Origin: Hydrolagus colliei
Taxonomy: Eukaryota
Direction: 5' to 3'
Assembly: GCA_035084275.1 (NCBI GenBank)
Contig: CM068744.1
Span: 23,374,001-23,438,000 of the forward strand
DNA length: 64,000 nt
The position numbers and the translations under genes are program-made. Positions 40,001 to 55,000 of the stretch are shown here, one piece after another. Position 1 is the first letter of the stretch, and every line of letters begins with the position of its first letter. The notes beneath the pieces are model-generated. The model made no database searches and was not told where the DNA came from. It was given only the letters and a program-made list of their open reading frames with translations.

Positions 40001-43000
40001 ACCCCAATTCACAATCTGGGGGTCTCCAAACCTTGTCTCTTGCCAACCTGCACCTACTACTTTCCAGAAGTGCTTCTGTCAGACACCAGGCTGACCCCAA
40101 AATAAATTGCCTCTTCAAGGAGAGTGACACATTTCCAGGAGTCTTTCATAAACTATATACACCCCACCTGCCATTCCTGTCCACAGCAAATGATGCGAAA
40201 TACCAACAGTGTGAATTGTTTCAGTGAGTTGTAAGAGAAGACTTTGCAAGAGAAGACCTCTGGCAAACAAATGTAAATCAACAACATCAACAAAATTAAT
40301 TTGTATAGCACCTTTCACATCAGGAGGACGTCCCAAAGTGCTGAAATCAGACCAAATTGTTCCAATAGTGGAGGCCAGTCGATGTAAGTATGGATAGATT
40401 CATTATGAGCTTTCAGAGCTGAAGCTTTCTTGGATGCATTTTCATTATAGATTGCTGGAAACATTGCTTAACTCGTGTTGTTCTGTCAAAATCTGTAGAA
40501 TCAATTGTTGTCATTATGCCATCCAGTGGCTTTTGAATCTATAAGTTTGGATCCTGAAGGCAAATGAATGCTGATAGATAAATCGGAAGTCTGAGAACAA
40601 AAGTTTCTTCCCAGCAAAATAAATGTTGTTTACTCCATGCAGGTCTTATGAAGGTTTTCCGTAGCTCTTAAGATAAGCAAAATTCTGAAGATATTTAGAA
40701 TTTTCCACAATTCTGCATGATTCTAAATTTTAAGATAGCATGTTCAAATAGGCTTCAGGTGGAATTTCTGAACCCTAGAATTGGAGCCAAGCAACTTGGA
40801 AGAACAGAAACACGTTCCAAGTTGAATTGGACATTTTTATTTGGGGGGTAAGTTACCTGACGGTAAGACAGTTGCTCCAAACCCAAGATTCTGATCTAGA
40901 TGTGTTGATCTAGAACAGGCTTCATATTTTTCAGATAGATAAACATCAAAGACTGCTTTGAGAATACTATGTAAATAAATTTGGGAGCAGTATGATATGG
41001 GTACACTAATAATAATAATAACTTATGTTTGGCATTGTGCTTTTCACGTCATGGGGGAAGTCTTAAAGTGCTTCATAATATATATTGTAAAGCAGAGTGA
41101 CTGTGTATTTGCACGTAAATGCAGCAGCGATTTGTGCACAGCATTGTTCTGCAAAAAACCATGAAGTGAATGACCACGAAGTGGTAACACAACCATGAAG
41201 TGTATTTGGGAGATTGTTCCTTACTCCACACGCTTCTGTTTTGCTCTCAGTAAGTAGGAACCCAGTTGTTATTCGATTGGCAGGTCACTTTTCTGCAGTA
41301 ATAATCCCTTAAAGAAAAATACAATAATGATTTAGTGACTCAAACCATGACTGTTTGTGGGACACTGTTGTGTGCAATCGGCTGCCGTGTTTCGCGCACA
41401 TAATATACAGTCAATTCACTTTATGAATATGTATTCTGTGAAGCACGTTTTGACATCTCCACAAAAAGGTAATGCACTATTTCAAATGCAAGGATTATTA
41501 TCATTCTGGGTAGCCCCTTATGTCATAGGAACCACAACTACACTTAATTCTCCACATGTGATATAATCGAACCACTGTGGACATTGAGATTGATGTCTGG
41601 GGATCTGAACTGAACTGATTTAGCAATATAGCCCAGTATCCTGGTTGTCATATTTATTGATCTTCACGATGTTTAGGTATGGCGAATTTCGAGTCAATTT
41701 CAGCTTTTCTCTTGGCAAGGTCTCTGTCCCTCCTGTGCCTCTTATGTTTGCTTATTTTACACAGTACCTTGCATTTCTCAAAGGACATTTGAGTTTGATC
41801 GTCCCTCAGTCTTCTATCCCCTCCCACCCAGTTGACACCCACCCTCTGCTTGGGTGCTAAGTCGGAACTGTCAAGGGCCTTGGAAAATTTCCCTTTGTGA
41901 AATGCATTACATAAATTTGTACAGATAGACCCCGCTTAACGAAGGGGTTAGGGACTTCGAAACTCCTCATAAAGCGAGAATTTCATTAAGCAGGTGGGAG
42001 GTCCCTACTGTATTTCCGTATGTGAAAAAAATCTGTTTCATTCCCTACGGTGCCTAGTGCTAACATTTGTGGTGTACCATAAGGTAGGTAGAACTGCTAT
42101 TGAAGGCTGCAATACTTTAATTACGATGAAAAGATGAAAGAATACAAGATGAAATTGTTTGTTTTGTTTACCTGAACAGTATTTTATTTAGTAAATTTTT
42201 AACACAATACAGTAACGAAATGAAAGTTCCCGTACTTCCCATAATAAAATGAGGTGAGGAGTAGGGAGGAGGTCTTTGTTTTAATTGTTGTTGGAGGAGG
42301 AGGAGGAGGCTGGAGAATTGGGAGAATCTGGTGAAAAGGCAATAGGTTCTGTATAATCAGCAGACGTACTTCATACTGGTTCTTTGGACAATGTCGGCTT
42401 AAAGAAACTATTGAGACTGTCGACAGTTTTTCTTCTTTTCTTCATACAATTCTTGGTAGCAACGAATAGTTTGCTCGATGCCACGGGCAACCTTAATACT
42501 ACGATCCATTTCAGGATCATTGTCTTTGCAAATATTAGTTGCTTCGTCTATTTTCGAAAGAAAAGCTTTCAAAACATTCAAACTAAGAATCTTAGGCTCC
42601 TCGCATAAAACATTAGCCTCAGCTGTCTGTTCCTTGGTGAATTTCTTCAGTTGTAAGCTTTCCAGGGGCCAATTTCTCATTGATGGTGATGTAGGTCTTC
42701 TCATTAATTCCAATTAAGCCCTGTTTCATCGAAGTTGTTGCGGTGTATAACCTCCTTAATGATTTTTCTAAGTTCATCTGGACAATGTTCAGCAGCAGCA
42801 ACATCCGCACTAACAGCTTCCCCGCACATCTTGATAGAATGTGGCTTGTATCGCTTTCGAAAACGATCAAGCCACCCGTTGCTATCAGTAAAAGTCTCCG
42901 CTGGCTTTTTCCGAGTAGTGTCATGTGGTTGCCTAGCATCCTGCCACTTAAGCTCCTCCTATTCTGCACGGGCCTTCTCGGATTATACTAGTGGAGAGGG

Positions 43001-46000
43001 GGCAATGGTATTCTTTCTGGTCTTCGATCCATCTTCATTTCCAATGTGATGGACTTCCTTTTCTTCAATGGGGTTGGCGATGTTGCTAATGGGCGTTTAG
43101 GTGGCATGAAGTAAGTGTATGTAGATTTGTCGACTGAGACCGAGCGTGTGTTGCGGGGGCGGCCGGGAGTCGAGAAGCGCGCGAGATTTAAACTTTCGCT
43201 ATAGCAAACGCAGCCTTCGCTAAGCACATAGGAGGTACAAACCCTCGTTATCGTGAAGTTTTGGTAACCGGGCATTCGGTAAGCGGGTCTACCTGTATTG
43301 TATTTTTGAATTGTAATTCACCTCTTAACTTTGCTTGCCTGGCTCATAAGTGGATTATAATATCACTTATGTAAGATATGGTATAAAACAGACATTAACA
43401 AAAATATTTGTAATGAGAATGTCAGTTTTCTGTTGTGATTTACTTAATATTGAATTTTGTACATCAGTTAATATTTGTGCGATATTGCACCAAACTCTTA
43501 ATGACATTCAATTTTCTCTTTAATTTTCCCAACAGGTTGCAGATGCCAATAAGTGTTTTGAAAAGCAGCCTCATTCAGCTTTGTCTCTCCAGTTTGCTGG
43601 ATACTACTATGCTCTGCAGATCTATGTCCATTTAAGTCCATGTTTCAAGGACAAATGTCATCCACTCTACAGGGTTAGTGTTCTTGCCCCTTTCTCAGAA
43701 ATTAAGGCAGCTGTAATAGGAGTATTGCTTTCTAATTGAAATATAATTTGTTGCAGGTAGTGCTGAGATTGCATTGCACCTTATCGCTGAGACCTGTGTT
43801 TTTCTCCCTCAAGTAATTACCTGTAAATCAATAAGAGAGAAAGAAAGGAATATATAACCACATCAGAAACACATATTTACGACTAGAATTTATTAAATTC
43901 TATGTTTAATGCGTTGCACTAAAATATTCCAATCTTATCTGTTTTGATTATCGACAGAGTGATAGTTGATGCTAAAATAAAATTACTTTGAATGATATAT
44001 GTCAGGTTGACTTACTATTTCAGCATTTTACCGAATCAATAACTACCTTTTCTAATTAATGATTTGTAAACCAAGTTGACTAATGAAACCTTTTTTAAGC
44101 AAATCCAAGGTCTGCTTATGTAAAATCTCGACAATACAATAAATCAAGAAATAATGTACAAGCAATATTTTACATATCCCAATGTTGCTACTACTTATAT
44201 TTTAGAATAGATTTGGCTCATTTATCCATTTCAGTGATGCTCTTAGATGGATTTTACTTAATCTAACCTCAATCGAGATCTGAACGCTGGATTTAAACTG
44301 TTTCCAGCTGTATCCTGCTCCATACCCAATATTCGCCAAGCAACACTCCCACCTCAGGCCATTCAGATTTCAGTACCTCACCCAAGTCTACTTAACCAGT
44401 TTATGCTCTAAACCGTAAACTCGTTCAGTGTTCTACCCGTGCCTGCTGAGGTTGAGTGAGTGTGATGGACATGTGGACATGTGTATTGGAGAGATTGCAA
44501 GCTGTAGAGTTTTTGAATGAGTTAGAGATTGCACAAGGAAATTGGATTAGGACTTTAAAATAATCCCCATCAGTTTTCAGTCCGACATCAATGTCTTCAT
44601 CTAGTTTTATAGGTTAGACAAAAAGGCATGCCATTCTCTGAAGTGAATTTGGTAATTTATTTATTGTGTCGAAGAGCTGGACTTAAATGAAGTGCTATTG
44701 TATCTTTCGGTCCACTGCTTTTTTAATCACTAAATTGAATTAATCACTGTGAGTGTAATTAACAGTCCAACCGCACATAACTAGCCATTTACTTAATACC
44801 CCAGCTATTCAAGTACAGTACTTTATACTTTTGAGATACTATAATTTGGATAACTAGTCAATTCTAATAAATAGTCATATGGGCTGCATCTCTTGGAGGT
44901 GACGAGTTATCAGAGTTTCATTGCTGTTTAGTTAATTACACAATGCAAAACTTCTGAACTTTTCAGTCTATTTGTTAAACCACTGCTGACATGACTGGGA
45001 TTGGCACCTTAGTGTATTGAACACTGAGCTTGTATATTATTGTATTCCCAATTCCTCCCTCCATAGGCTGCAGATAATCCAGAACTCTGCGGCCCATGTC
45101 CTCTACCGCTCCAAGCTTAATGACCCCATCTCCCCCAACTCCATTGGCTCCCATCACCCAGAGGATCCAATTCAAGATCCTGGTCCTCACATTCAAAGCC
45201 CTCCATGGCCTCGACCTAGCCTACATATGCGACTTACTAACCCCCTACCAACCTGACCGTCCCCTCAGCTCAACAGGCTCTGGCCTGCTCCATGTCCCCT
45301 GCTCGACCCGCCCCACCATTGCGGGCGAGCTTTTAGCCACTTTGCTCCCTACCTCTGGAAGTCCATTCCACAATCCCTCCGCCTTGCTCCCTCCCAGGCC
45401 TCCTTCAAGTCCCGCCTCAAGACCCTCCTCTTCGACAGTCCCATCGGTCCCTCCAAATGTCCCCCTTTCCCTCCACCCTCCCTGTCCCCAGCTCGGATAT
45501 GAAACAATGACTATCCAGTGCCTTGGGACACTCTCCTGATGTGAAAGACGCCATATAAGTGTAATTTTGTTGTTGTTGTGGGACTTTCATTGCACTGCAC
45601 TTCCACCTTGCTCTGAATCTATCCCACTTAAGACCGTTTCATCAACTTTCTCTTTTATCAAAATGGATAGAAACAATAATTTTTTCTGAGCTGCTTCATT
45701 TTGATGGTTCTATTTATAATAATTCACTTTTCCTCCTTTATTACCCCCATATACAAGCAGATACACTGGAGATTTCTGGTGACCTAATTGCTGTAGTAAA
45801 AACAAGTATGCTACATGCTAACTGAAGTTAGCTAACCCAGAATCAGGAAAGAAATCTGGAACTTCACACAATCTGTATTCTTCAGCAGCTCATTAAATAA
45901 ATTCACTGGACCATCAAGGGTTGTCCTGTCCATCACAAACTTTAAGATTGGGAGGCAAATCCATAGCAGATTAATTTCTGTGTTTGTTCCAGATTTCCAA

Positions 46001-49000
46001 GATCTATCTTTTATAACTATATTTTCAAGTATCTCAGGAGATATCTGGTGAGGTAGAGTTTGAACAAATTATTTTATCTCGACAAAACTGTGTTAAGATC
46101 TCCTCAATGTTTCTGAATTTTTCCAGGCTGATCCAAAAGAGGTGATTAAAATGGTCACAAAATATGTGACTGAAAATGCAGATACTAATTGGTCAGAGGA
46201 ACTTCAAACGCTGATTTATCACCTTAACTGCTATAATGAGCGACTGACAGACTTCACACAAGCTCAGACACTTCAAGGTCTTGGAAAAGGAGTGGATGTA
46301 CAACGATTTTCAGCAGATGGCCAATATAAAAGGGAAACCATTCTAGGCTTAGCAGAGTAAGTATAAAATCAGTCGTGCTAAATTATTCAGAGGCATCTGA
46401 CCGTAGTTTCAGCACAAAAGTTCAGTCTGTTTTTCTTTAAATATGATCCTATTATTTGGCTCTTTAAAAAAGAAATACCAGCTGGAATAGCTGCAAAGCA
46501 TTAAGGTGCAAGTTTATGGCATAATTCTGTAAATGTCAGGTCCTAATCTCTAAGTATAGTAGCGTAGTGGTATTTCTCCATTGGCAATGAGAATCCAAAG
46601 TGAAGTCAACCCAGTAAGATCATGCGCACCGTAATAAAGGAATGATGTTTCTATCTGTTAGTGATTCCTACAAGTAAATTAAATAGACATATGTCAGACT
46701 GATGCACAGGATCTCTGTTCTGACGCATCCCTAGAAGTAGAATAGGTGACGCACATTCAGTATCGCTATTTCTGGCTCCTTGTTAAGATATCACATTTGA
46801 ACTCCAATGACAAACTACATGTTACATTTGATGATTTTTAGTCTAGTAATCATTCCACACTCAACAATAACAAAATTACATTTCAGAGCACCTTGCATGT
46901 CGGGAGGACGTCCCAAGGCTCTGAACAGTTAGGTTGGGACCTGAGCGGGGAGGGTGGGGCGTGGGGGGTGGGTGTATAGGAGTAGGAGAGGGGGAGAGTT
47001 AGGAGGGAAGCAGAAGGCACGGTCGAAGAGGAAGTTCTTGTGACTGGCCTTGAAGGAGGAAAGGGAGGAAGCGAGGCGAAGGGATTGCAGGATGGAGTTC
47101 TAGAGTGTGGGGGTAGAGAAGCTGGAAGCCCGGCCATCGATGGTAGGGCGATTCAGGCGGGAGATGTGAAGCAAGCCAGAGCCTGCTGAATGGAGGGGAC
47201 AGGCAGGCTGATAGGGAGACAGCAGGTGGGAGAGTTAGGCGGGGGCAAGGTTGTGAATGGCCTTAAAAGTGAGGACATGGATCTTGAATTCGATTGTCTG
47301 GGAGATAGGGAGCCAGTGGAGACAGGCGAGGGTGGGGTGGGGACATTCAAACTGGCTTTGGTTGTTAGTTTCACCAAAAAATGTCTTCAGCTCTCTATAT
47401 GATTACATGGGGAAAAAAACATCTTCCTGGAATTTTAATCACATAGACTGCTGAATTAGTTATCTGAGGAAATTAAAAATCAATTTAAGAGATTTCTGTG
47501 AGTGTTCCTTTCTGTGAAGTGGACCAGAACAGAACTGATTTGTCTTGTAACCTTGATCTTACCTTTATCTATCCGACACTTGGAAAACATAGATATGAAA
47601 AGACAACATATTACATAGGGACATAAGAAATGCAAGACGAAAACATCAACTTGCATTTACATAGTGCCCTCCATGCGGGAGGGGGATGGTGACTGTAAGT
47701 GTGGTCGAAGAGAAAGGTCTTCAGGCGCAACCTGAAGAAAGTGGTGAGGTGAAGTGGTTGAGGGAGGGAATTCCACAGTTTCGGGGTGTAGTGGCTGAAA
47801 GCATGGCCGATGAAGGAACAGAGGAAAGGGAGGACAAGGAGGATGTTGGACCCAGTAGAGTGGAGGCAGCGGGTACTGCTGTAAGGAGAAAGGAGGTTAG
47901 AGAGTTCGGGAGGTGCCGAGGAGTGGAGGGATTTAAACACAAGAATGAGGATCTAGAAGTCGATCCTATCTGTAACAAAGCCAGTGGATCTTGGCAAAGA
48001 CTGGAGTATTTGGGATACAAAGTTTGGTGCGGGTGAGAATGTAGGTGGTTGAGTTTTGAATCGGCTGAATTTTGTGAATGGTGGAGGGGAGACTGGCGAG
48101 GAGGACATTAAAGTAGTCCAGCCAAGAGGTGACAAAGGCATGGACACCTTCAGCAGAGGTATTTAACAGAGACAGGCGAGCGTCGGAGATGGAAGAAAGT
48201 GGTGCTGGTCAGGGACCGGAGGTGGGGAATGAAGGATAACAGTGGATCGAACCTGGCACCTAAGTTGTACACGGGTTTGGAGAGTTTTAAGGTCAGGTTA
48301 GGTAAGCTGAGCAGGTCAGAACTGTGGTACAGAAGACGTTGACCTCAAAGAATATGGCTTTTGTCTTGTTGATGTTTAACTGCAAGAATTGTGTGTTCAT
48401 CCAGCTCTTGATGTCCAATAAACAAGCTAACAGAATATCAGGACAAGGAGTTGCAGCTGGAGGTGGAAAACTAGTTGAGTGTCTTCTGCACACTTGGGGA
48501 AGTTAACCTCATGTCTGCAGATGACATCACAGAGAGGGAGCATATAGATGAGAAAGAGAATGGGACCAAGGATGGATTCTTAGGGTACCCCACAAGTGAC
48601 AGGGAGGAAACAAGAAGAAATGTACTGCTGGCAGTTTGTGAGATAGGACTCTGTACCAAGCAAATGCAATTCTACTGAGGTGGACGATGGAAGTCAGGTG
48701 GTGGAGGAGGATAGCGTAATCTACTTTGTCAAACGTGGCAGAGAGGTCCAGGAGGATGAGGAGGCAGAGGAAACCCTGGTCACAGATAGAGAGGACATTG
48801 TTTATGACTTTCACAAGCGCAGTCTCTACTGTTGGCAGTGCGGAAGCCAGACTGGAGATGTGCGCAAAACAAGACCAAGGTCCATCTAGTTTGACTTCCA
48901 CCTTCCTGGCAGTCGCATCCACATATGTCCCAAACTACCATGTGCTCCCCTACTGCATATTCCTATCTTCTGCATTATACAATAATAATGATCCCTGCAT

Positions 49001-52000
49001 TTAATATAGTGCGTTATCACATCTTCTAGATGTCTCAAAGCGCTTAATAGCATATACTGTAAAGTGAATTGACTGTATATTTTGTAGGCAAATGCAACAC
49101 CATTTCCACACAGCAGTGTCCCACTGGTCATGGATTGAAGTGCCCAATTATTTTTTTGAAGGAATGATTACACCTGGTAAAGTCAATCAGCCAATTGACT
49201 TAACAAGTGGGTTCCTACTTACTGCCAGATAAACAGAGGTGAGTGAGGAAACTTGCCCAACATTTTGCCCTGCCGGGAATCAAATCTAGGTCTCTCGCTT
49301 GCAAGGCGAGTGCTCTGTACCAAATTAAGAAGACTAGTCCACATTACTCATCACGTGTAATGAATCGATGGGTAGTTTTATTTTTCTTCTCCACAAGGAT
49401 TTATTTGTATAAATTTGTTGGATGAATATTTTAATGCTTTAACTTTTCCGTATCTAATTGTTTTTGATAGAACTCTAGAGGAAAATGTGTACAAGATTTG
49501 TCTGTCTCTGGCTCAGCGATACAGCATCCCACTCTGGGAACTTTACATCACACATTTGGAGTTCCTTTTCACAGACAGTGGGTAAGCAGTTAAATAATGG
49601 CTTCATTACCAATTGTGTCTCTCTGCTGTGTTTTGTAATTGTTTTCATTTTTATTTTCTATGTGTTTCGCATGCTGACTTTGCACTCTTAATCCAGTGTG
49701 ATTTATACCATAGGCAGTTAAACAGAATCAATTTATGCTAAGGTAATTGGACTTTGATGATCGTACAGTCATCGCTCTATAACCTTACATTTGGGAGCCA
49801 TTCAAAAGCATGATAATGGGGAAGGGTACTTTAATGTTCATTATTCACAAGTGAGTCCTAAAATTGTGATGCTTAAGGACACAATGCATCAGAAAATATT
49901 ACTAATGGATTTGTACTTTTTTTAATTCAGCTGAAACTAGTGGCTTAATTAGTAAATGTCACTGCTTGAAATTAAACAATACAGGTACATGTAGTCCCAA
50001 ATGTAATCCTTGGTCTGTGCTGAGTTAAAACAAAATCTCAGAGGGGACATTGTAATCAATCTCAGTAATACTAATAATCCTTGCACTTTATGTAGCACCA
50101 TATCATGTTGTTTACATGTCTCCCAACTGCTTCACAAAATTTATTGTAAAATGTTGTGACTGTATTTTGTAGGCAAAATATTGTAGGCCGCCATTTTTCC
50201 ACAGGAATGTCTCATAAATATCCATACATGATCAACAATATCTAGGGTTTTTTGGCCAGGAGACTCCCTTCCCTCTTTAAATAATGCCATGGGATCCTTA
50301 GTGTCCACCTGAATTGGCAGATGGAACCTTGTTTGAACATCGATCTGACGGGTGGCACTTCCAACAAGGCAACACTCCCCCAGGATTGCACTGGAGTGCA
50401 AGTCTAGGCTGTGAGCTCATAGTTCCAATGTGGGGTTTGAAACCAGAACCTCCTGACTCAGAGGTAAGAGGGCTATCAACTGAGCCAGGCTGTCACCAGA
50501 AGCCCTGAGCTAGGAAGCAAAATTTGGACAGGACAGGATGCTGCTTGCAGTTCAGTGAATCCTACTGATAATTGTCCTTTGAAAGCTCTCTTCAGCCCAT
50601 TTGATCCAATTTAATCCACAAAGCCAGCATTATTATAGCAACAAGCTGTGTCCAAAATGAATCCAGATTCCTGCCTGCTCTAACTGGCCTCTGTGTTTTA
50701 AAGTAATGACTTTCTGATGTCCTGACTGCACTAGTTCTTCACATTCTGAAATTAAACCTTGTCTTCCTACTTTGGGTGTACCTGAAAGTATTATTTTGCT
50801 TTTATTTTCTTAATCCAATTAAAGATTTTGTGTAGCTTTTAAAGGTCCCCATAGGACCATCTCTTTTCAAGGCTTCAGTGCTGTAGTTAATTTAGTTATT
50901 TCACATAGTTCATCCCTTTAATGTTAGTGAGTAGTTTTTTTTTGCTCGAATTTGGACTTGACTAATCCCCTCATGTCATATAAACCAGAAATGTATACAG
51001 TAGTCCAGGTACAGCCTAACTAGAAGCAGTTTTCAGGTTTTCGATGGCCTCCTGCCCTTATATAACACTTAATGACTATCCTGTTAATGGATGGGAGGCG
51101 GTAAACATGACTCTTTGGGATTAAATTAACTTCAAGGTGACATGCCTTCAAATAGAAAATTTGAATTTGGTCAATCCTGTATGCCAATATAGGTAGTTTG
51201 GTTCTTGAGCCAGGAAAGTACTCAGCAGTCCAAGGCAGGGATTCCCAAACTTTCTGGGCTCGTCTCCCTATAACATTATGTATACCGACTGAGGTCTCCC
51301 TTCCCCTCACCCCTTCACTCAGGCTGTACAGCAGCAAGATCTCCCTCCCTGAGATACCTTGCACTGAAAGGTACACACCATGGGAATGCACCTTTCACAT
51401 CTACTTCTTGGTCAGGGGAAGATTCCATTGTCCAGCTAGGCTTCCTTAGCCTTTGGACTTCCGTTGTGACTTGTGCTCCCGAGCCTCCCTGAAATGATCT
51501 TGCGGCCCCCAAAGGTTTGCAGACTTCAGCCCATGGTCTAAAGCACTATTAATAACTAACCAGCTAGCATGGCTCATTAGAGTGACTTGAGGCAAAGATT
51601 ATCATTAGGGTTAGGAATTTTTCACTACTTGCTTCCTGTACGCAACATCCTAATAGGTAGCGTAATCCAAGATGGATATGTAGTTGGAAACTTTCAACTG
51701 TTTGCAATGATAACATGAGTAATTTTAACTGGTTAAACTCCAGTAGTACCCCAATACTTACTCTGGGATCTCCAAGCCATACCTGCCCTGAACTCTGGGA
51801 TTGGGAAAACAGAGTAAGCATTCCATAACAGACAAAATAAAAACTATATACACAGATTTGGTTTTGAGCTTCTTACGCCTGGTGATTGGTATTAACTGTC
51901 TGGCTAAATCAAAGAAAAAGCCTTACTTGTGAAATATGTAACAGCTGCCCATTCTGCTAAATCTGCGCCTGTAAAAGTTTATTTATAAAATTAGATGGAA

Positions 52001-55000
52001 TTATCATTCTTTTCCATGAAAATTTCACCAGCTAATGTAGTATTGGTTGAATCACTATCTCACACTGCAGTATTTCTAGGTCAATCACGATTGAGGGTGA
52101 TGTTGTAAATCAAGAAGCCACATGTGTATATGTGGGTTAATTTGTTCTCAGGTTGCTTCCTGTCATCTGCAATTTGTTTACTTATCATTTCAAGTTTTGC
52201 TCCATACATCTTGGGTTAAGTCGCTCCATCCAATTGTAAATTTCACACTTTTAAATATGTTTTTTTTTAATCTCCAAACCAAAATCAACAGGCTTTCAAC
52301 AGCAGAAATTGAGGCCAGAGTCCACGCTCTTGAACTTTTTGCCACATTGAAAACCAATCCAGAAGTATTTCTTGAGCACATGACAAAGTATGTGTATCCA
52401 AGTATTGATGGTGTGGATCACGTGCGGCTGCTTTACTACTTCACCCTGTTGGAAAACTATGGTTGTGCAGAATTTGTAAAACACCCCATTAAGCCAGAAA
52501 TTCACATAAGGCTGTTAAAAAAGCTGAAGATTGTTGCAACTGGTAAGTTATCCAATTATTCTAAGACAAGCAATATTGATGGTTACATTTTGGGTGGGGT
52601 GTGGTGACAAGGTGGATAGGTGAAGTTGAGAATATATCAACTTCTCAACTATATCAGAATATATCAATGTTTAGAATAATAATATCGTTTTCTATTCCTC
52701 AGAAAATTTTGCGTGTGCAATTAAAGCCATTTAAATTCTTGTAAACATTATGATGAAAATGAAAGCTAACTTGCTTTCATCAGTTGAATGTCAACAAGAC
52801 CAAGGCCCTACTAATTGGCTCCCGTCAGTGCCTCCACACCTCAGGTTCCGACACCATCACCATTCATGGATGCACAATCCACCTCGCTAAGCCAGTCCAG
52901 AACCTTGGCATCTTGTTTGATCGTCAACTATCCTTTCTACCCCACATTTATGCCATTATCTGCTCTGCCTTCCCCACCTCCGCAACATTGCCCAGATCTG
53001 CCACTGTCTCATTCTGCCATCTGCCGAAACTCTCATACGTGCATTCATAACATCCAGGCTTGACTATGCAAACTCCTTGCTTGTTGGCCTCCTCCCTCCA
53101 CAGGCTGCAGATCATCTTTGTAGCCAGTGTCCTCTTCCACACTAGGCTCTGTGACCATATCATCCCCACGCTTGCCCAGCTCCACTGGCTTCCCATCACA
53201 CAGAGGATACAGTTCAAGATCCTCGTCTTCACCGTTAAACACCTCCATGGACTTGCTCCCCTACCTCACAAGCTAACCCCCTATCAACCCGCCCGCTCAC
53301 TATGCTCAGTGTGCTCTGGTCTCCTTCACGTCTCCCACCTCGCCCGACCCACCATTGGCGGGCATGCAGCCATTCTGCCTCCACCCTCTGCAACTCCATC
53401 CCATATGCCCTCCGCCTCACACCTCCTCACTTGTCTCCTTCAAGACTCATCTCAAAACCCTCTTCAACCGTGCCTTCAATCACCCTCCTTCCCTCCCACC
53501 CTCCAGAATCCCAAGGTCGAAACACTGACTGTCCAGTGCCTCCCGACATGAAAGGGGCTGGACAAATGTAATTTCTTGAAAATGGAAGGTTTTACCAGTC
53601 TTACAGTGTGGAGAAAGCCAGACCTACTTATGGAAAGAAATATTCTTGTAGAAGTCAGATTTTGTGCGACAGATTATGCAATGGATGACATTGTATAATA
53701 CTTGTCAGTGTCTGTCCAAATTTAATTAGTTAATTAATGCATCAAGACATCAGGAATTAATATTAAACTTGGGAAACTATTTTGCAAAATAGTGCCTTGA
53801 GTTTTTTCTTAGAATTATTCAAGTTTAATATTTTTGATTCTACTGTATATAGATTTAAAATTCTGTTTTTAAAGTTAAGATAGGAAAATAAATGACTTTT
53901 TTGTTGTCATTCACCCATCACTAGATTTCAACCAAAATAGTCAACCAGGTGAGGAAAGCCACTCTCACTTTAAAATAATTGGAAAGTATTGGATTAATAT
54001 AATCCAAGCAGATTCAGAAGTTAATGTAAATATTATAATAGCTCTTGTGCATTATTTTGGAATTCAATCAGTGTAAAGTAATGAATATTAGGTGAATAAA
54101 TGCCTACATAGTGAATGAAAAGATTTAAAAAATTGTAGTGTGGTTATTCCTTCATAGGGAAGCTCATATCAAAAAGTACCAGAATGCATATTAAACTGTT
54201 TAATTGTGTTAGAACTGTACAGCTCATTGGTTAGGCAACACTAAATTCTTATGTGTAGTTTTTGCCATTTTGTTATCAAAGGGGCTTTGCTCCAATGGAA
54301 AGAGACTTAAGAAGAGCAATCAGAATGACTGAAGACCTTCAAGTTCTAATTTATGAACTGATACCCATGAAATTGAACTTCTGTTGCTGTTGAAATGAAG
54401 ATTAAGATGGGACATGGTCTAAGTCTTTAAATTCCTGAGTGGTAGAGATAATTTATATATAATCAGGCTATTTCATTTAGAATGATCAGAGAATCAAAGA
54501 ATGCAAGTATAAAATTAATGAGCTTCAAGCAAGAATAGAGATTAGAACAGTTCTGTGTGTTCTTCCAAAATACAAATTGACTCTCGGCAAAAAGCAGTTA
54601 ACAAACTTACAAACTGGATAGATATTGGGTTAACAAAGAAGCAAAAAATAGTAACTAAAAAAAAATAATCCTTGCATTTTAATATCGTGCTTTTCGCGTC
54701 TTCTAGATATCTCAAAAAGCTTCACAGAATATACTGTAAAGTGAATTGACTACATATTTGTGGATGAAATGCGACAACCAATTGCACACAGCAGCGTCCC
54801 ACAAACAGTCATGGATTGAGGGACCAATTTTTCATAGGTTTTTTGGGACGGATTATTATCAGGCATGTGTGTGGAGTAAGGAAACTTGCCCAAGGTTTCG
54901 GCCTGATCTGCCTGGATTTGAAACACAGGTCTCACGCATGAAAGGCAAGTTCTCTAACCACTGAGCTAAATGAATCCAAGATGAGAAATACCTGATTAAA

